The notes beneath the pieces are model-generated. The model worked only from the letters and a program-made list of their open reading frames with translations, was not told where the DNA came from and ran no database searches. The position numbers were made by a program, and so were the translations under genes. From the sequence record SRR20825010_1901: 58,977 bases of DNA; one strand, 5' to 3'. How positions within the stretch are numbered: the first letter of the stretch is position 1; each line of letters opens with the position of its first letter. Below are positions 47,510-58,912 of this stretch, one piece after another.

Positions 47510-48283
47510 TCATACGCTGATCAGCAGGTTGCTGCCCGGTTGCCAGCTCAAGTGAGCCAGCTGCTGAGCGCTTGTTTGGGGAAGTGCCAGTAGCGGGCTG
47601 GAACGATCTGCCCAGCAGAGCTGTTTCTGGCAACGGTCCATCACCAGTAATTGGTCGTTTACGGCGGCAATGCCGCTGGGCATGTTCAGGGTGCTCACTT
47701 CACTGCCCAGGCTGTGGCCGGCCAGGGTGAAGTGATGCAGCCGTCGATCGCCGAGAGTGAGCAGGCTGATGCGATCCCCGGTCTTGGCCAGAGAGGCAGG
47801 ACCATTCAGGGCGTGATCGCTCTCTATCCATTGGCTCGCCCCTGTGCGCAGATTCAGGCGCATCAGCCGGTGGCCGTGCACGTCTGCAATCAATGCGTGT
47901 TCGCCGTCAAGGACAAAGTCAGCAGGCTCCAGCAGCTCGGTCAGGTCGATTTGGCGCGCCTGTGAACCGTCAGGCCGGTGCCAGCGGAGCTGGCGCTGGC
48001 CGCGATCGAGCAGGACAACGTTGTCGCCATCCAGTGCGGCGGCCACGATACGGGTTTCGTAGGGGGCGCCGGTGGTGAGGCTCTGAATGCTGCCATTGCG
48101 TTGCCACAGTGCCTGGCGACCATGATCGCTGACCTGAAGTCGCTGGTTGTCGCCCAGGGCAACGGCGCGGGCGCCATTGACCAGTTCTACGCGGGTGGCA
48201 GTGGCACCCGCAAGCAGAGGGGTGCTTAACAGCACGCCGGCCGCGCCCCCTGCAGCGATGAATTGCCGTCGGGTGATGGTCAT
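47510..48283 (-). CDS. Tat-exported NHL-like beta-propeller protein
   Basis: [13 protein letters not shown] twin-arginine signal; repeated P-x-[DSG]-hydrophobic...D...R blades (LEPADF..ADVHGHR, NGPASL, NMPSGI..MDR); TAATG overlap with the upstream gene. Confidence 0.72.
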   Translation of the reverse strand: MTITRRQFIAAGGAAGVLLSTPLLAGATATRVELVNGARAVALGDNQRLQVSDHGRQALWQRNGSIQSLTTGAPYETRIVAAALDGDNVVLLDRGQRQLRWHRPDGSQARQIDLTELLEPADFVLDGEHALIADVHGHRLMRLNLRTGASQWIESDHALNGPASLAKTGDRISLLTLGDRRLHHFTLAGHSLGSEVSTLNMPSGIAAVNDQLLVMDRCQKQLCWADRSSPLLALPQTSAQQLAHLSWQPGSNLLISV

Positions 48284-49365
48284 TAGTTGGTAACCGCGCA
48301 AGTAATGGTGATAGCGGCAGGGGTTGCCGCCACGCCGGTTTGCCAGGTTTCGCAGCTGCCACTCCAGGTGCCTGCAGCACTGGGGTAGCTGTTGGTGATG
48401 TAGCTATCACTGGCGCACTGAACACCGCCAGCCAGAACGACACCGCTGCTGCACTGGCAGCTTGTCGCGCTGTTACAGGTGCTCTGGGCAATATTACTGG
48501 TGCTGAAGGTGCCGGCGGGGCCGGTCATGCCAGTGGGGCCCATTGGGCCTTGGGGCCCCATGGTGCCGGGAGTGCCAGGAGGCCCCATCGAGCCGGGAGA
48601 GCCGGGAGGACCCATTATGCCGGGAGAGCCAGGGGGGCCCATCATGCCAATGGGCCCCATGGGGCCTTGCAAGCCTTGAGGACCGACAGGTCCTTGTGCG
48701 CCGTCAGCCCCGGCGGGGCCTACAGGACCAATAGGCCCGGTTGCGCCATCAACGCCATCAACGCCGTCAGCACCAGCAGGCCCCGCGTCACCGGTATCGC
48801 CTTTTGGACCAACCAATCCGCTATCCGGGCCAACCCATTCGCCGTTTTCATTAATCAGCAGTTGTCCGTCAATGCTCAGGGAGAGTGGTTCAATATCACC
48901 AGTGACCTGTTCGGCTTCACGGGCCTGAAAGGCGTAGGGGACGCTACCGGTGGTAACCGCAAGGCGCGGCATCATTTCGCTGTCGCCATCGATGGCCAGG
49001 CCCAGTTCGACCTGATCGCTGCCGAGTAAATCGTCGGGTAGCGGGTTGCTGGCGTCGTCGCCGAGAACCACGCTGTAGCGGCCGTCTTCGGCGATAATTA
49101 CCTGGGTTTCAGTCCACAGTACCGCGCCGAGCCCCTGGGGATCGGTGGCGGTGCCGCCGGCGGTTTGATATTCCGTGGTGCGCCCGGACATATCGTAAAG
49201 GGTGACCTCCACATCAAAGGTGCCGTGTAAAGGGCGCTGGCTACTGAGGTCGGTGAGATATCCCTGAACTACCAGGCGGGAAGGGACTTCTGCGTGGGCA
49301 GAAGTTGTGGCAAGCGCGCAGAAAACCCCTATTGCCGCCAGGCAATAGCGAAGTGATTGAAGCAT
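48283..49365 (-). CDS. Secreted collagen-like fibre protein with Cys-rich C-terminal tip
   Basis: Sec signal (AHA); N-domain [26 protein letters not shown]; 35 consecutive Gly-X-Y triplets; six-Cys C-terminal domain; CAGGAG-type purine context upstream not needed, GGGGGA RBS on minus strand. Confidence 0.88.
   Translation of the reverse strand: MLQSLRYCLAAIGVFCALATTSAHAEVPSRLVVQGYLTDLSSQRPLHGTFDVEVTLYDMSGRTTEYQTAGGTATDPQGLGAVLWTETQVIIAEDGRYSVVLGDDASNPLPDDLLGSDQVELGLAIDGDSEMMPRLAVTTGSVPYAFQAREAEQVTGDIEPLSLSIDGQLLINENGEWVGPDSGLVGPKGDTGDAGPAGADGVDGVDGATGPIGPVGPAGADGAQGPVGPQGLQGPMGPIGMMGPPGSPGIMGPPGSPGSMGPPGTPGTMGPQGPMGPTGMTGPAGTFSTSNIAQSTCNSATSCQCSSGVVLAGGVQCASDSYITNSYPSAAGTWSGSCETWQTGVAATPAAITITCAVTN
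48505..48819 (-). repeat. Gly-X-Y collagen repeat (35 triplets)
   Basis: GLV-GPK-GDT ... GMT-GPA-GTF, uninterrupted. Confidence 0.92.
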
Positions 49366-49560
49366 CAGATTGTCCCCCAGGAGATGCAGAAGGTCGGGCC
49401 TTCTTTAGTCGTTGAATACATATTAGGCATTTCTTTGTTAAACAAACAAGCTGTATCCGCTATTGCGCCTGCCTACTTTCCAGTATGTCGTCAATCTCAA
49501 AATTCTTTTTAGTTGCAGGTAGTATGGCGACCATTGGTTTTATTGCGCTGAGGATTGGCT

Positions 49561-50439
49561 ATGAAAGCACCGGTTCAGGAGCTGATGGGTCTGTTTGACC
49601 TGGAACAGTTGGAGAACAATTTGTTTCGCGGGCAGAGCGAGGCCAATGGCCAGCGCAGCGTATTTGGGGGGCTGGTGGCCGGGCAGGCGCTGCTGGCGGC
49701 ATCGCGGACGGTGGATGAGAGTCGTCCTGTGCATTCGCTGCATGCCTATTTTCTGCGCCCGGGGGACTTCAATATACCGATTGTCTATGACGTGGACCGT
49801 ATCCGTGACGGCAAGAGCTTTACCACACGCCGGGTGAACGCGATCCAGCATGGGCGACCGATTTTTTCTCTGGCGGTATCCTACCAGGTGGCCGAGGAAG
49901 GCGTTTGCCATCAGGCACCGATGCCAGAGGTGCCGGGCCCGGAGGGACTGGAGAGCGATGAAGCGATTCGCTTGAAGCTGGTGGAGCGCTTGCCGGAACA
50001 GTACCGGCAGGATTTCCTGACCGAGCGTCCGGTGGAGTTTCGCCCGGTAACGCCGCAGGACTCCATTTCCTCTGAGCCCAAACCGCCGATCCGCGAAGTG
50101 TGGTTCCGGGTGGTGGATCGGGTCGAGGCCGACTCTATGACCCAGCGGGCACTACTGGCCTACTGTTCGGACTTCGGCCTGATGGGCACCGCCATGCTGC
50201 CCCACGGGATGAATTTCTGGCAGCCCAATGTGCAGTGCGCCAGTATCGACCATGCCATGTGGTTCCATGATGACTTCCGTATTGATGAATGGCTGCTGTA
50301 TCGCAGTGACAGTCCTTTTGCTGGCGGTTCCCGTGGCCTGAACTTCGGTTCCATCTATCGCCAGGACGGCACGTTGGTGGCGTCGGTGGCCCAGGAAGGG
50401 CTGATGCGTTTGCACCCCTCTGACAGCCCGGCGGAATGA
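49561..50439 (+). CDS. tesB: Acyl-CoA thioesterase II
   Basis: VFGGLVAGQAL, HSLHAYFLRPGD, RDGKSFTTRRV, ASIDHAMWFH, SVAQEGL. Confidence 0.95.
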   Translation: MKAPVQELMGLFDLEQLENNLFRGQSEANGQRSVFGGLVAGQALLAASRTVDESRPVHSLHAYFLRPGDFNIPIVYDVDRIRDGKSFTTRRVNAIQHGRPIFSLAVSYQVAEEGVCHQAPMPEVPGPEGLESDEAIRLKLVERLPEQYRQDFLTERPVEFRPVTPQDSISSEPKPPIREVWFRVVDRVEADSMTQRALLAYCSDFGLMGTAMLPHGMNFWQPNVQCASIDHAMWFHDDFRIDEWLLYRSDSPFAGGSRGLNFGSIYRQDGTLVASVAQEGLMRLHPSDSPAE

Positions 50440-51032
50440 CACAGCTGATTGACCTGCTGGAAGACGTGCGCGCTTGCCGGCTGTGTGAGCCGCACCTGCC
50501 TCGGGGGCCGCGGCCAGTGGTGCAGGCCGGGGAGGGGGCACGGCTGTTGATCGTGGGCCAGGCGCCGGGGACGCGTGTTCATGAAACCGGCATTCCCTGG
50601 AATGACCCGTCCGGTGAGCGATTGCGGGACTGGCTGCAGATCGGCCCTGAAACGTTCTACGACGCGGACCAGGTGGCGATAGTGCCCATGGGGCTGTGTT
50701 ACCCGGGGCGCGGGAAAGGCGGCGATCTGCCGCCGCGCCCGGAATGCGCGCCGCAATGGCACGGGCCGTTGCTGGCGGAGCTGCCGAATCGGCGTCTGAC
50801 GTTGCTGGTGGGGCAGTACGCCCAGCGTTACTACCTGCCGCAGCCGGGTAAAACGCTCACCGACAATGTGCGGCATTTTGCCCGGGCGCTGGAGGCGGGG
50901 TTTTTCCCGTTGCCCCATCCCAGCCCCCGCAATCGCCTGTGGCTGCGCCAGCGGCCCTGGTTTGATGAGGAAGTGGTGCCGGTGCTGCGCGAACAAGTGG
51001 CCAGCGCTTTGCAAGCACCGCCTGCGGGATGA
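50436..51032 (+). CDS. Uracil-DNA glycosylase superfamily protein
   Basis: ACRLC, IVGQAPG, WNDPSG, CYPG..DLPPRPEC, PLPHPSPRN. Confidence 0.9.
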   Translation: MTQLIDLLEDVRACRLCEPHLPRGPRPVVQAGEGARLLIVGQAPGTRVHETGIPWNDPSGERLRDWLQIGPETFYDADQVAIVPMGLCYPGRGKGGDLPPRPECAPQWHGPLLAELPNRRLTLLVGQYAQRYYLPQPGKTLTDNVRHFARALEAGFFPLPHPSPRNRLWLRQRPWFDEEVVPVLREQVASALQAPPAG

Positions 51033-51223
51033 TAAGGCTGATGCACTGGCGGTTTGTTTCGGCCAGGGCCGAATCATGCGCAATATCCCCGTAACCCGGG
51101 TGGATAATGCGGCTTTTTGGCGCTATTATGCGCGCCCCGAACTCCACCACCGCAGGTGGGCCGGGAAGCAGGGCAATGACGCCGCTTTCCGCCGCCTGAA
51201 CCCAAACTGAGAGGGCCATCTCC

Positions 51224-52663
51224 GTGAGCAAACTGGAAGACCATTTCGGACGCTGGAAAAATCGCGAAGAAATTGCAGAAGCCATGATCCCCATGATCGG
51301 TCGTCTGCATCGTGAAAAGAACGTTACCACGACCGTGTACAGCCGTTCCCTGGTCAACAAGTCTGTTATCCAGATTCTGAAGAGCCACCGTTTCGTCAAG
51401 CAGGTCGAAGATTCCGAGCTGTCTGTGGTCGATACCTTCCCGATTCTTCAGGAAGTGGCGAAGTCGGATCTCGGCCCTTGCCGGATTGATGTCGGTAAAC
51501 TGGCGGTGGAGTACAAAAAGGACAATCGCGGCCTGTCTATTGAAGACTACGTGCGCGAAGAGCTGGCGGAAGCGGTGAGCAGCAAGGTTGGCATGCCTGA
51601 GCGTACCGATGTGGTGCTGTACGGCTTCGGTCGTATCGGCCGTATTCTGGCTCGCCTGCTGATCGAAAAAGCCGGCTCCGGCGATGGCCTGCGCCTGAAG
51701 GCTATTGTGGTACGCGAATCTGGCAAGGGTGACCTGCAGAAGCGCGCCAGCCTGCTGCGTCGTGATTCCGTTCACGGCCCGTTCGCCGGCACCATTGCCG
51801 TGGACGAAGAAGAGAATGCGATCATCGCCAATGGCAACTTCATCAAGGTGATCTACTCCAGCGACCCGGCATCCATCGATTACACCGATTATGGCATCAG
51901 CAATGCCGTGGTGATCGACAACACCGGTAAGTGGCGTGATGAAGAAGGCCTGTCCCAGCACCTGCAGTGCAACGGTGTATCCCGCGTGATGTTGACGGCG
52001 CCGGGCAAGGGCAACATGAAGAACATCGTTCACGGCGTGAACAATGATCTGATCGAAGACAGCGACAAGATCATTTCCGCGGCCAGCTGTACCACCAATG
52101 CCATCGTTCCGCCGCTGAAAGCGCTGGAAGACAAGTTCGGTATCGAGTTTGGCCACGTGGAAACCGTGCACTCCTACACCAACGACCAGAACCTGCTGGA
52201 TAACTTCCATAAAGGTCCCCGTCGTGGTCGTTCTGCACCACTGAATATGGTGCTGACCGAAACCGGTGCGGCCACTGCTGCCACCAAAGTATTGCCGAAC
52301 CTGAACGGTAAGCTGACCGGTAACTCCATTCGCGTTCCAACCCCGAACGTGTCCATGGCGATCCTGAACCTGACTCTGGGCAAGGAAACCACCCTGGAAG
52401 AGCTCAACGATTACCTGCGTTGGGTGAGTCTGCATTCTCCATTGCAGCGCCAGGTGGATTTCGTAAGCAGCCCGGATGCGGTGTCTACGGATTTCGTCGG
52501 CTCCCGTCACGCCTCCGTGATCGACGCGGAAGCGACCATCGTGAATGGCCGCCACTGTGTGCTGTATGTGTGGTATGACAACGAGTTCGGCTACAGCTGC
52601 CAGGTGCTTCGCATCCTGCAGCAAATCTCCGGGGTGGAATTCCCGGCGTATCCAAAGGACTGA
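51224..52663 (+). CDS. gap: Glyceraldehyde-3-phosphate dehydrogenase, long form with N-terminal extension
   Basis: VVLYGFGRIGR, SAASCTTNA, ETGAA, RVPTPNVS, WYDNEFGY; GTG start. Confidence 0.95.
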   Translation: MSKLEDHFGRWKNREEIAEAMIPMIGRLHREKNVTTTVYSRSLVNKSVIQILKSHRFVKQVEDSELSVVDTFPILQEVAKSDLGPCRIDVGKLAVEYKKDNRGLSIEDYVREELAEAVSSKVGMPERTDVVLYGFGRIGRILARLLIEKAGSGDGLRLKAIVVRESGKGDLQKRASLLRRDSVHGPFAGTIAVDEEENAIIANGNFIKVIYSSDPASIDYTDYGISNAVVIDNTGKWRDEEGLSQHLQCNGVSRVMLTAPGKGNMKNIVHGVNNDLIEDSDKIISAASCTTNAIVPPLKALEDKFGIEFGHVETVHSYTNDQNLLDNFHKGPRRGRSAPLNMVLTETGAATAATKVLPNLNGKLTGNSIRVPTPNVSMAILNLTLGKETTLEELNDYLRWVSLHSPLQRQVDFVSSPDAVSTDFVGSRHASVIDAEATIVNGRHCVLYVWYDNEFGYSCQVLRILQQISGVEFPAYPKD

Positions 52664-52677
52664 ACCCCGGAATGAAG

Positions 52678-52701
52678 AAGCCCGCCCTGCGGGCTTTTTT
52701 T
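52678..52701 (+). terminator. Rho-independent terminator after gap
   Basis: AAGCCCGC-cct-GCGGGCTT followed by a T-tract. Confidence 0.85.
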
Positions 52702-52930
52702 CGGTGCATTTCCTGTTTTTAAGTCGCACCAAGATGGTTCCATGCGACAAAAGGCGGGTCTGACGGTGCTGGCGAACAGGCAGGTACGACTTTATAATGT
52801 GCCCGCCGGGTTTTTGTCGGCATCCATTGCATATTCCGGAATTTGCGAACACACCCGGTAATTCCCTGCTTTTCAGGGCGATCTGGGGGTGTGCCTCGAC
52901 TTCAGCAACACGCAACGTGGGCGAGAAACT

Positions 52931-54277
52931 ATGATTAAAATCAGGAAGGGCCTTGATCTGCCCATCGCTGGTGCACCGCGCCAGACGATTGAGGAAGGTC
53001 ATCAGGTTCGTTCTGTTGCCGTGCTCGGCGGTGACTATGTGGGGATGAAACCCACTATGGAAGTCCGCGAGGGAGACGTGGTCAAGAAAGGCCAGCTGAT
53101 CTTCACGGACAAGAAAACCGAGGGTGTGAAATACACCGCTCCTGCTGCCGGTAAGGTGATTGCGATCAATCGTGGTCACAAGCGCGTGCTTCAATCCGTG
53201 GTGATTGAAGTGGCAGACCAGGAAGATGAAGTCACCTTTGCCTCTCACAACGCCGATCAGCTGGCTTCCCTGGACCGCGAAGCGGTACAGCAACAGCTGG
53301 TGGATTCCGGTGAGTGGACCCTGCTGCGTACCCGCCCGTTCGGCAAAGTGCCGGCACCCGGCAGTACCCCCAATTCCCTTTTCGTTTCCATTCTCGACAC
53401 TAACCCCCTGGCGCTGGACCCGGCGGTGGTGATCAAGGAAAACGAGCAGGCCTTCCGCAATGGTCTGGTGGTGCTGAGCCGCCTGACGGACGGTCCGGTA
53501 TGGGTGTGTCGTGGTCCGAACACGGACCTGCCGAGCTTTGCCGGTGGCCAGGTGCGTGAAGAAGCGTTTGCGGGCAAGCACCCGGCTGGCAATGTGGGTA
53601 CCCACATTCACCACCTGGATCCGGTGGGCCTGCACAAAACCGTCTGGTCCGTGGGGTATCAGGACGTGATTGCCATTGGCAACCTGTTTACCGACGGCAA
53701 GATCAGCTCCGCCCGTGTGGTTGCGCTGACCGGCCCGCAGGCAAAAACGCCGCGTGCCCTGCGCACCCGTGTTGGCGCCAGTGTCGATGATTTCGTTCAG
53801 GGCGAGCTGAAAAGTGGCGATAACCGCCTGGTATCCGGCTCTGTGCTGAACGGTCACAACGCCCGTGGCCCGGTGGCCTGGCTGAGCCGCACCACCAGCC
53901 AGCTGACGGTCCTGCGTGAAGGCCATGAACGTGAGCTGCTGGGCTACATCTCCCCCGGCACCAACCGTTTTTCGGTGATGAACATCTACCTGTCCAAGCT
54001 GATGCCGGGCAAGCGCTTCAACTTCACCACCACCACCAACGGCTCCGAGCGTGCCATGGTGCCGGTGGGGGCCTATGAAGAAGTGATGCCGCTGGACATT
54101 CTGCCGACGCAGCTGCTGCGCGCATTGGTGGTTGGTGATACCGACAGCGCCACGGCCCTCGGTGCCCTGGAGTTGCTGGAAGAAGACCTGTCCCTGTGCA
54201 CCTTCGTGTGCCCGGGCAAATATGAATACGGTCCGATTCTGCGCGACAACCTGACCACGATTGAGGCGGAGGGCTGA
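52931..54277 (+). CDS. nqrA: Na(+)-translocating NADH-quinone reductase subunit A
   Basis: [46 protein letters not shown]. Confidence 0.97.
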   Translation: MIKIRKGLDLPIAGAPRQTIEEGHQVRSVAVLGGDYVGMKPTMEVREGDVVKKGQLIFTDKKTEGVKYTAPAAGKVIAINRGHKRVLQSVVIEVADQEDEVTFASHNADQLASLDREAVQQQLVDSGEWTLLRTRPFGKVPAPGSTPNSLFVSILDTNPLALDPAVVIKENEQAFRNGLVVLSRLTDGPVWVCRGPNTDLPSFAGGQVREEAFAGKHPAGNVGTHIHHLDPVGLHKTVWSVGYQDVIAIGNLFTDGKISSARVVALTGPQAKTPRALRTRVGASVDDFVQGELKSGDNRLVSGSVLNGHNARGPVAWLSRTTSQLTVLREGHERELLGYISPGTNRFSVMNIYLSKLMPGKRFNFTTTTNGSERAMVPVGAYEEVMPLDILPTQLLRALVVGDTDSATALGALELLEEDLSLCTFVCPGKYEYGPILRDNLTTIEAEG

Positions 54278-54279
54278 GC

Positions 54280-55539
54280 ATGGGTATGAGAAAGTTTCTG
54301 GATGACAAAGTGTCCCCCCATTTCCATGAGGGTGGCAAATTCGAGAAGTATTACACCTTCTACGAAATGTTCGACACCATGCTTTACACCCCGGACTCGG
54401 TAACCCGTTCCGCGGCCCACGTGCGTGATGGTCTCGATCTGAAGCGGATCATGATGACGGTGTGGTTCTGCACCTTCCCGGCGATCCTGTTCGGTCTGTG
54501 GAACACCGGTTATCAGGCCAACCTGCAGATTGCCGAGCTCGGTGCCAGTCCGCTGGCCGGCTGGCGCAGTGACCTGGTGGCGGCGCTGACCGGGTTTGAT
54601 CCGGCGAGTATCTGGGCCAACGTGCTGCATGGTGCGGTCTACTATATTCCCATTCTGATTACCGTCTACCTGGGTGGTTTCATCTGGGAAGGCCTGTTCG
54701 CGTGGAAGCGCGGCCATGAGGTTAACGAAGGCTTCTTCGTGACCGGTATTCTGTTCACCCTGATTCTGCCGCCGTCGATTCCGCTGTGGCAGGTCTTCCT
54801 GGGGATTTCCTTTGGTGTCGTTATCGGCAAGGAAGTGTTCGGGGGAACCGGCAAGAACTTCCTCAACCCGGCACTGGTTGGCCGTGCGTTCCTGTACTTT
54901 GCTTACCCGGCGCAGATGTCCGGTGACGCAGTCTGGACCGCCGTGGACAACTTCTCCGGCGCCACCTCCCTGTCTCTGGCCGCCTCTGGCAGCCTGAACT
55001 ACGCGGCTGGCCTGACCGGTAACGCGCTGACCGAAGGCGCGGCGGCGGCGACCGCCAGCCTGAGCTGGATGAATACCTTCCTGGGTAACATTCAGGGCAG
55101 CATCGGTGAGACGTCCACTCTGGCTATCCTGATCGGTGGCGCGGCCCTGTTGATGACCAAGATTGCTTCCTGGCGCATTGTGCTGGGCGTGTTCCTGGGC
55201 ATGGTGGGCATGTCTGCGTTGTTCAACGTGATCGGGTCTGAGACCAACGCCATGTTCGGCATGCCGTGGTACTGGCACCTGAGTGTGGGTGGTTTCGCCT
55301 TCGGCATGATCTTCATGGCCACCGATCCGGTGTCTGCGTCCATGACCAACACCGGTAAATACATCTTCGGTGCCCTGATTGGTGTGATGACCGTCCTGAT
55401 CCGGGTAATCAACCCGGCCTTCCCGGAAGGCATCATGCTGGCAATCCTGTTCGGTAACCTGTGTGCGCCGCTGATTGACTACTTTGTCACTCAGTCAAAC
55501 ATTCGCCGTCGTCTGCGTCGTACCGGGGGAGAAGTGTAA
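54280..55539 (+). CDS. nqrB: Na(+)-NQR subunit B
   Basis: [33 protein letters not shown] site, FMATDPVS. Confidence 0.97.
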   Translation: MGMRKFLDDKVSPHFHEGGKFEKYYTFYEMFDTMLYTPDSVTRSAAHVRDGLDLKRIMMTVWFCTFPAILFGLWNTGYQANLQIAELGASPLAGWRSDLVAALTGFDPASIWANVLHGAVYYIPILITVYLGGFIWEGLFAWKRGHEVNEGFFVTGILFTLILPPSIPLWQVFLGISFGVVIGKEVFGGTGKNFLNPALVGRAFLYFAYPAQMSGDAVWTAVDNFSGATSLSLAASGSLNYAAGLTGNALTEGAAAATASLSWMNTFLGNIQGSIGETSTLAILIGGAALLMTKIASWRIVLGVFLGMVGMSALFNVIGSETNAMFGMPWYWHLSVGGFAFGMIFMATDPVSASMTNTGKYIFGALIGVMTVLIRVINPAFPEGIMLAILFGNLCAPLIDYFVTQSNIRRRLRRTGGEV

Positions 55540-56369
55540 TGGCTGGAAAAAATGAAAGCGTCGGCAAGACTTTGCTGGTTGCCTTCCTGGTGTGTGTGGT
55601 CTGCGGTGTGGTGGTTGCTACCGCCGCCGTGAGCCTGCGCCCGGTGCAGAACGAAAACAAGCTGATCGACAAGCGCATGAACATCCTGCTTGCCGCCGGC
55701 ATGTACGACGCTAGCCAGGACGTGAACGAGCAGTTCAAGTCCATCGAGCGCAAGTTTGTCGACATCGATAGCGGTGACTATGTCGAAATGCCGGAAAGCT
55801 ACGATCAGCGTACCGCCGCCAAGGATCCGGCCCAGTCCGAGCGCCTTAGTGGTGACGTGGACATCGCCGGTATCAAGAACCAGGCGGACGTGGCTGAGGT
55901 ATACCTGGCCCGTGGTGATAATGGCGAGCTGAGCCGTATCATCCTGCCGGTTCACGGCTATGGCCTGTGGTCCACGCTTTACGGTTTCCTGGCGCTGGAG
56001 CCGGATGCCAACACCGTGGCCGGTCTGGGTTTCTATGAGCATGGCGAAACCCCGGGCCTGGGCGGTGAAGTGGATAACCCCAAATGGAAGGCCCTCTGGG
56101 AAGGCAAGAAGCTGTACGGTGATCAGGGCGAGGTGGAAATCCAGGTCATCAAGGGTACGGTGGAAAGCAGCACCCCGAATGCTGAACACAAGGTGGACGG
56201 CCTGGCCGGTGCCACCCTGACCAGCAATGGTGTCAGCAACCTGCTTCGCTTCTGGGTCGGCGGGAACGGCTTTGGTCCCTACCTGAAGCGCATGCAGCAA
56301 GGTGGCGGTGATGTGGCAGAAGCCACTGATGCCGTTGAATCCAGCGAGCAGCCGGAAGGAGACGCGTAA
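55539..56369 (+). CDS. nqrC: Na(+)-NQR subunit C
   Basis: [30 protein letters not shown] site. Confidence 0.96.
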   Translation: MAGKNESVGKTLLVAFLVCVVCGVVVATAAVSLRPVQNENKLIDKRMNILLAAGMYDASQDVNEQFKSIERKFVDIDSGDYVEMPESYDQRTAAKDPAQSERLSGDVDIAGIKNQADVAEVYLARGDNGELSRIILPVHGYGLWSTLYGFLALEPDANTVAGLGFYEHGETPGLGGEVDNPKWKALWEGKKLYGDQGEVEIQVIKGTVESSTPNAEHKVDGLAGATLTSNGVSNLLRFWVGGNGFGPYLKRMQQGGGDVAEATDAVESSEQPEGDA

Positions 56370-57034
56370 TGGCGGAGAAAACCAAGGACATTCTGTTAGG
56401 TCCGATTTTCGACAACAACCCCATCGCGCTGCAGATCCTGGGTATCTGTTCCGCGCTGGCGGTAACCAGCAACCTGAGTACTACGGTCACCATGTGTATC
56501 GCATTGACCGCAGTAACCGCGTTTTCGAACTTCTTCGTAAGCTCGATTCGCAACAGCATTCCTTCCAGCATTCGGATCATCGTGCAGATGACCATTATTG
56601 CGTCGCTGGTAATCGTGGTGGATCAGTTTCTTAAAGCGTACGCCTACAGCATTTCCAAGCAGCTGTCGGTGTTCGTGGGGTTGATCATCACCAACTGTAT
56701 CGTGATGGGCCGTGCGGAAGCCTTCGCCATGAAGAATCCGCCGATCCCGTCTTTCCTGGATGGTGTGGGCAATGGCCTGGGCTACTCCGCGATCCTGTTG
56801 GGCCTCGGTTTTACCCGTGAGTTGCTGGGTGCCGGTAGCCTGTTCGGTCATCAAATTCTGCCCAAGGTGTCCGAGGGTGGCTGGTATATGACCAACGGCA
56901 TGATGCTGCTGCCGCCAAGCGCTTTCTTCCTGATCGGGTTGTTCATCTGGGCCATCCGTGCGTGGAAGCCGGAGCAGGTAGAGCCGGACGACTTCAAGAT
57001 GAAGCCACACACCCGTGTCAGCGACGCGTTTTAA
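56369..57034 (+). CDS. nqrD: Na(+)-NQR subunit D
   Basis: [35 protein letters not shown]. Confidence 0.97.
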   Translation: MAEKTKDILLGPIFDNNPIALQILGICSALAVTSNLSTTVTMCIALTAVTAFSNFFVSSIRNSIPSSIRIIVQMTIIASLVIVVDQFLKAYAYSISKQLSVFVGLIITNCIVMGRAEAFAMKNPPIPSFLDGVGNGLGYSAILLGLGFTRELLGAGSLFGHQILPKVSEGGWYMTNGMMLLPPSAFFLIGLFIWAIRAWKPEQVEPDDFKMKPHTRVSDAF

Positions 57035-57046
57035 CGGAGACGAGGA

Positions 57047-57667
57047 ATGTTTGAACATTATCTGAGCCTGTTCGTCCGCGCCGTCTTTGTTGAAAACATG
57101 GCGCTGGCCTTCTTCCTGGGCATGTGTACGTTTATTGCCGTATCCAAGAAGATCTCGACTGCTATTGGCCTGGGGATTGCCGTGGTGGTGGTACTGACCA
57201 TCACCGTGCCGGTGAACAACCTGCTGCTAACCTACCTGCTTGATGAAGGGGCACTGGCCTGGACCGGTGTGCCGGCGCTGGCCGAGCTGGATCTGCGTTT
57301 CCTGGGGCTGCTCAGCTACATTGGTGTTATCGCCGCGCTGGTGCAGATTCTGGAGATGACCTTGGATAAGTATGTGCCGAGCCTCTACAACGCGCTGGGT
57401 ATCTTCCTGCCGCTGATTACCGTGAACTGCGCCATTCTGGGTGCTTCCCTGTTCATGGTGGAGCGCGACTACACCCTGGGTGAGTCCATGGTATACGGCG
57501 TGGGTGCCGGCACCGGGTGGGCGCTGGCGATTACATTGCTGGCGGGTATCCGCGAAAAGCTCAAGTACAGCGACGTACCGGATGGTCTGAAAGGTCTGGG
57601 CATCACTTTCATCACCGTGGGTCTGATGTCACTGGGCTTCATGTCATTTTCCGGCGTGCAGCTGTAA
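57047..57667 (+). CDS. nqrE: Na(+)-NQR subunit E
   Basis: [35 protein letters not shown]. Confidence 0.97.
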   Translation: MFEHYLSLFVRAVFVENMALAFFLGMCTFIAVSKKISTAIGLGIAVVVVLTITVPVNNLLLTYLLDEGALAWTGVPALAELDLRFLGLLSYIGVIAALVQILEMTLDKYVPSLYNALGIFLPLITVNCAILGASLFMVERDYTLGESMVYGVGAGTGWALAITLLAGIREKLKYSDVPDGLKGLGITFITVGLMSLGFMSFSGVQL

Positions 57668-57682
57668 GGGGAGAGTTGAATC

Positions 57683-58912
57683 ATGAGTGTTGAGATTATT
57701 CTCGGTGTCGTCATGTTCACTGCCATTGTGCTGGCGCTGGTGGCGGTGATTCTTGCTGCCCGTTCCCGTCTGGTGGCAACCGGTAACGTACACATCGATA
57801 TTAACGACGATGCCGAAAAAGGCATTGACGCGCCCGCCGGCGGCAAGCTGTTGGGCACCCTGGCAGACCAGGGGATTTTCCTGTCTTCAGCCTGTGGTGG
57901 CGGTGGTACCTGTGCGCAGTGTCGCTGTCAGGTGCTCGACGGTGGGGGAGACATTCTTCCCACCGAAGAAGGCCACTTCACCAAAGGGCAAATTCGCGAT
58001 GGCTGGCGCCTGAGCTGCCAGGTCAACGTGAAGCAGGACATGAAGATCCAGGTGCCGGAAGAATTCTTCGGCGTGAAGAAGTGGGAATGCGAAGTTATTT
58101 CCAATAACAACGTTGCCACTTTCATTAAAGAGCTGACGCTGAAATTGCCGGAAGGCGAAAACGTGGATTTCCGCGCGGGTGGTTATGTGCAGCTGGAAGC
58201 GCCGCCCTTTGATGTGAAGTTTTCCGACTTTGACATCGATGAGGAATATCGCGGTGACTGGGAACGTTTCAAATTCTTCGACTTGAACACCAAGAACAAC
58301 GAAGAAGTGATTCGCGCCTATTCCATGGCCAACTACCCGGAAGAAAAGGGCATCCTGAAGTTCAATATCCGTATCGCGACGCCGCCTCCGGGGTCCAAGG
58401 ATATTCAGCCCGGGATCATGAGCTCCTACGTCTTCAATCTGAAACCGGGTGACAAGATCACCGTATTCGGACCCTTCGGTGAGTTCTTCGCCAAGAAGAC
58501 CGATGCGGAAATGGTCTTCATCGGTGGTGGTGCGGGCATGGCGCCCATGCGTAGCCATATTTTCGACCAGCTCAAGCGGTTGAGCTCCAAGCGCAAGATC
58601 AGCTTCTGGTACGGTGCACGGAGTGTGCGTGAGTGCTTCTACAATGAAGAGTACGATCTGCTCGCGGACGAGAACGATAACTTCGAGTGGCATCTGGCCC
58701 TGTCGGATCCGCAGCCCGAAGACAACTGGGATGGCCTCACCGGCTTTATCCATAACGTGTTGTTCGAACAGTACCTGAAGGACCATCCGGCTCCTGAAGA
58801 CTGCGAGTACTACATGTGTGGTCCGCCGATGATGAACGCCTCGGTAATCAAGATGCTCGAAGATCTTGGTGTGGAACCGGAAAATATCCTGCTGGATGAC
58901 TTCGGCGGATGA
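57683..58912 (+). CDS. nqrF: Na(+)-NQR subunit F
   Basis: [12 protein letters not shown] 2Fe-2S motif, [32 protein letters not shown]. Confidence 0.98.
   Translation: MSVEIILGVVMFTAIVLALVAVILAARSRLVATGNVHIDINDDAEKGIDAPAGGKLLGTLADQGIFLSSACGGGGTCAQCRCQVLDGGGDILPTEEGHFTKGQIRDGWRLSCQVNVKQDMKIQVPEEFFGVKKWECEVISNNNVATFIKELTLKLPEGENVDFRAGGYVQLEAPPFDVKFSDFDIDEEYRGDWERFKFFDLNTKNNEEVIRAYSMANYPEEKGILKFNIRIATPPPGSKDIQPGIMSSYVFNLKPGDKITVFGPFGEFFAKKTDAEMVFIGGGAGMAPMRSHIFDQLKRLSSKRKISFWYGARSVRECFYNEEYDLLADENDNFEWHLALSDPQPEDNWDGLTGFIHNVLFEQYLKDHPAPEDCEYYMCGPPMMNASVIKMLEDLGVEPENILLDDFGG

Noticed and set aside
51224-51600. N-terminal extension of GAPDH as a novel fusion
   Set aside because: The ~480-aa long-form GAPDH is an established type in pseudomonads and relatives at this same mfd-nqr position.
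51074-53926. 950-aa minus-strand ORF spanning gap and nqrA
   Set aside because: It is the antisense shadow of two strongly codon-biased genes that happen to share a frame, with no recognisable motifs. Its length is explained by the scarcity of antisense stops in high-GC3 genes.
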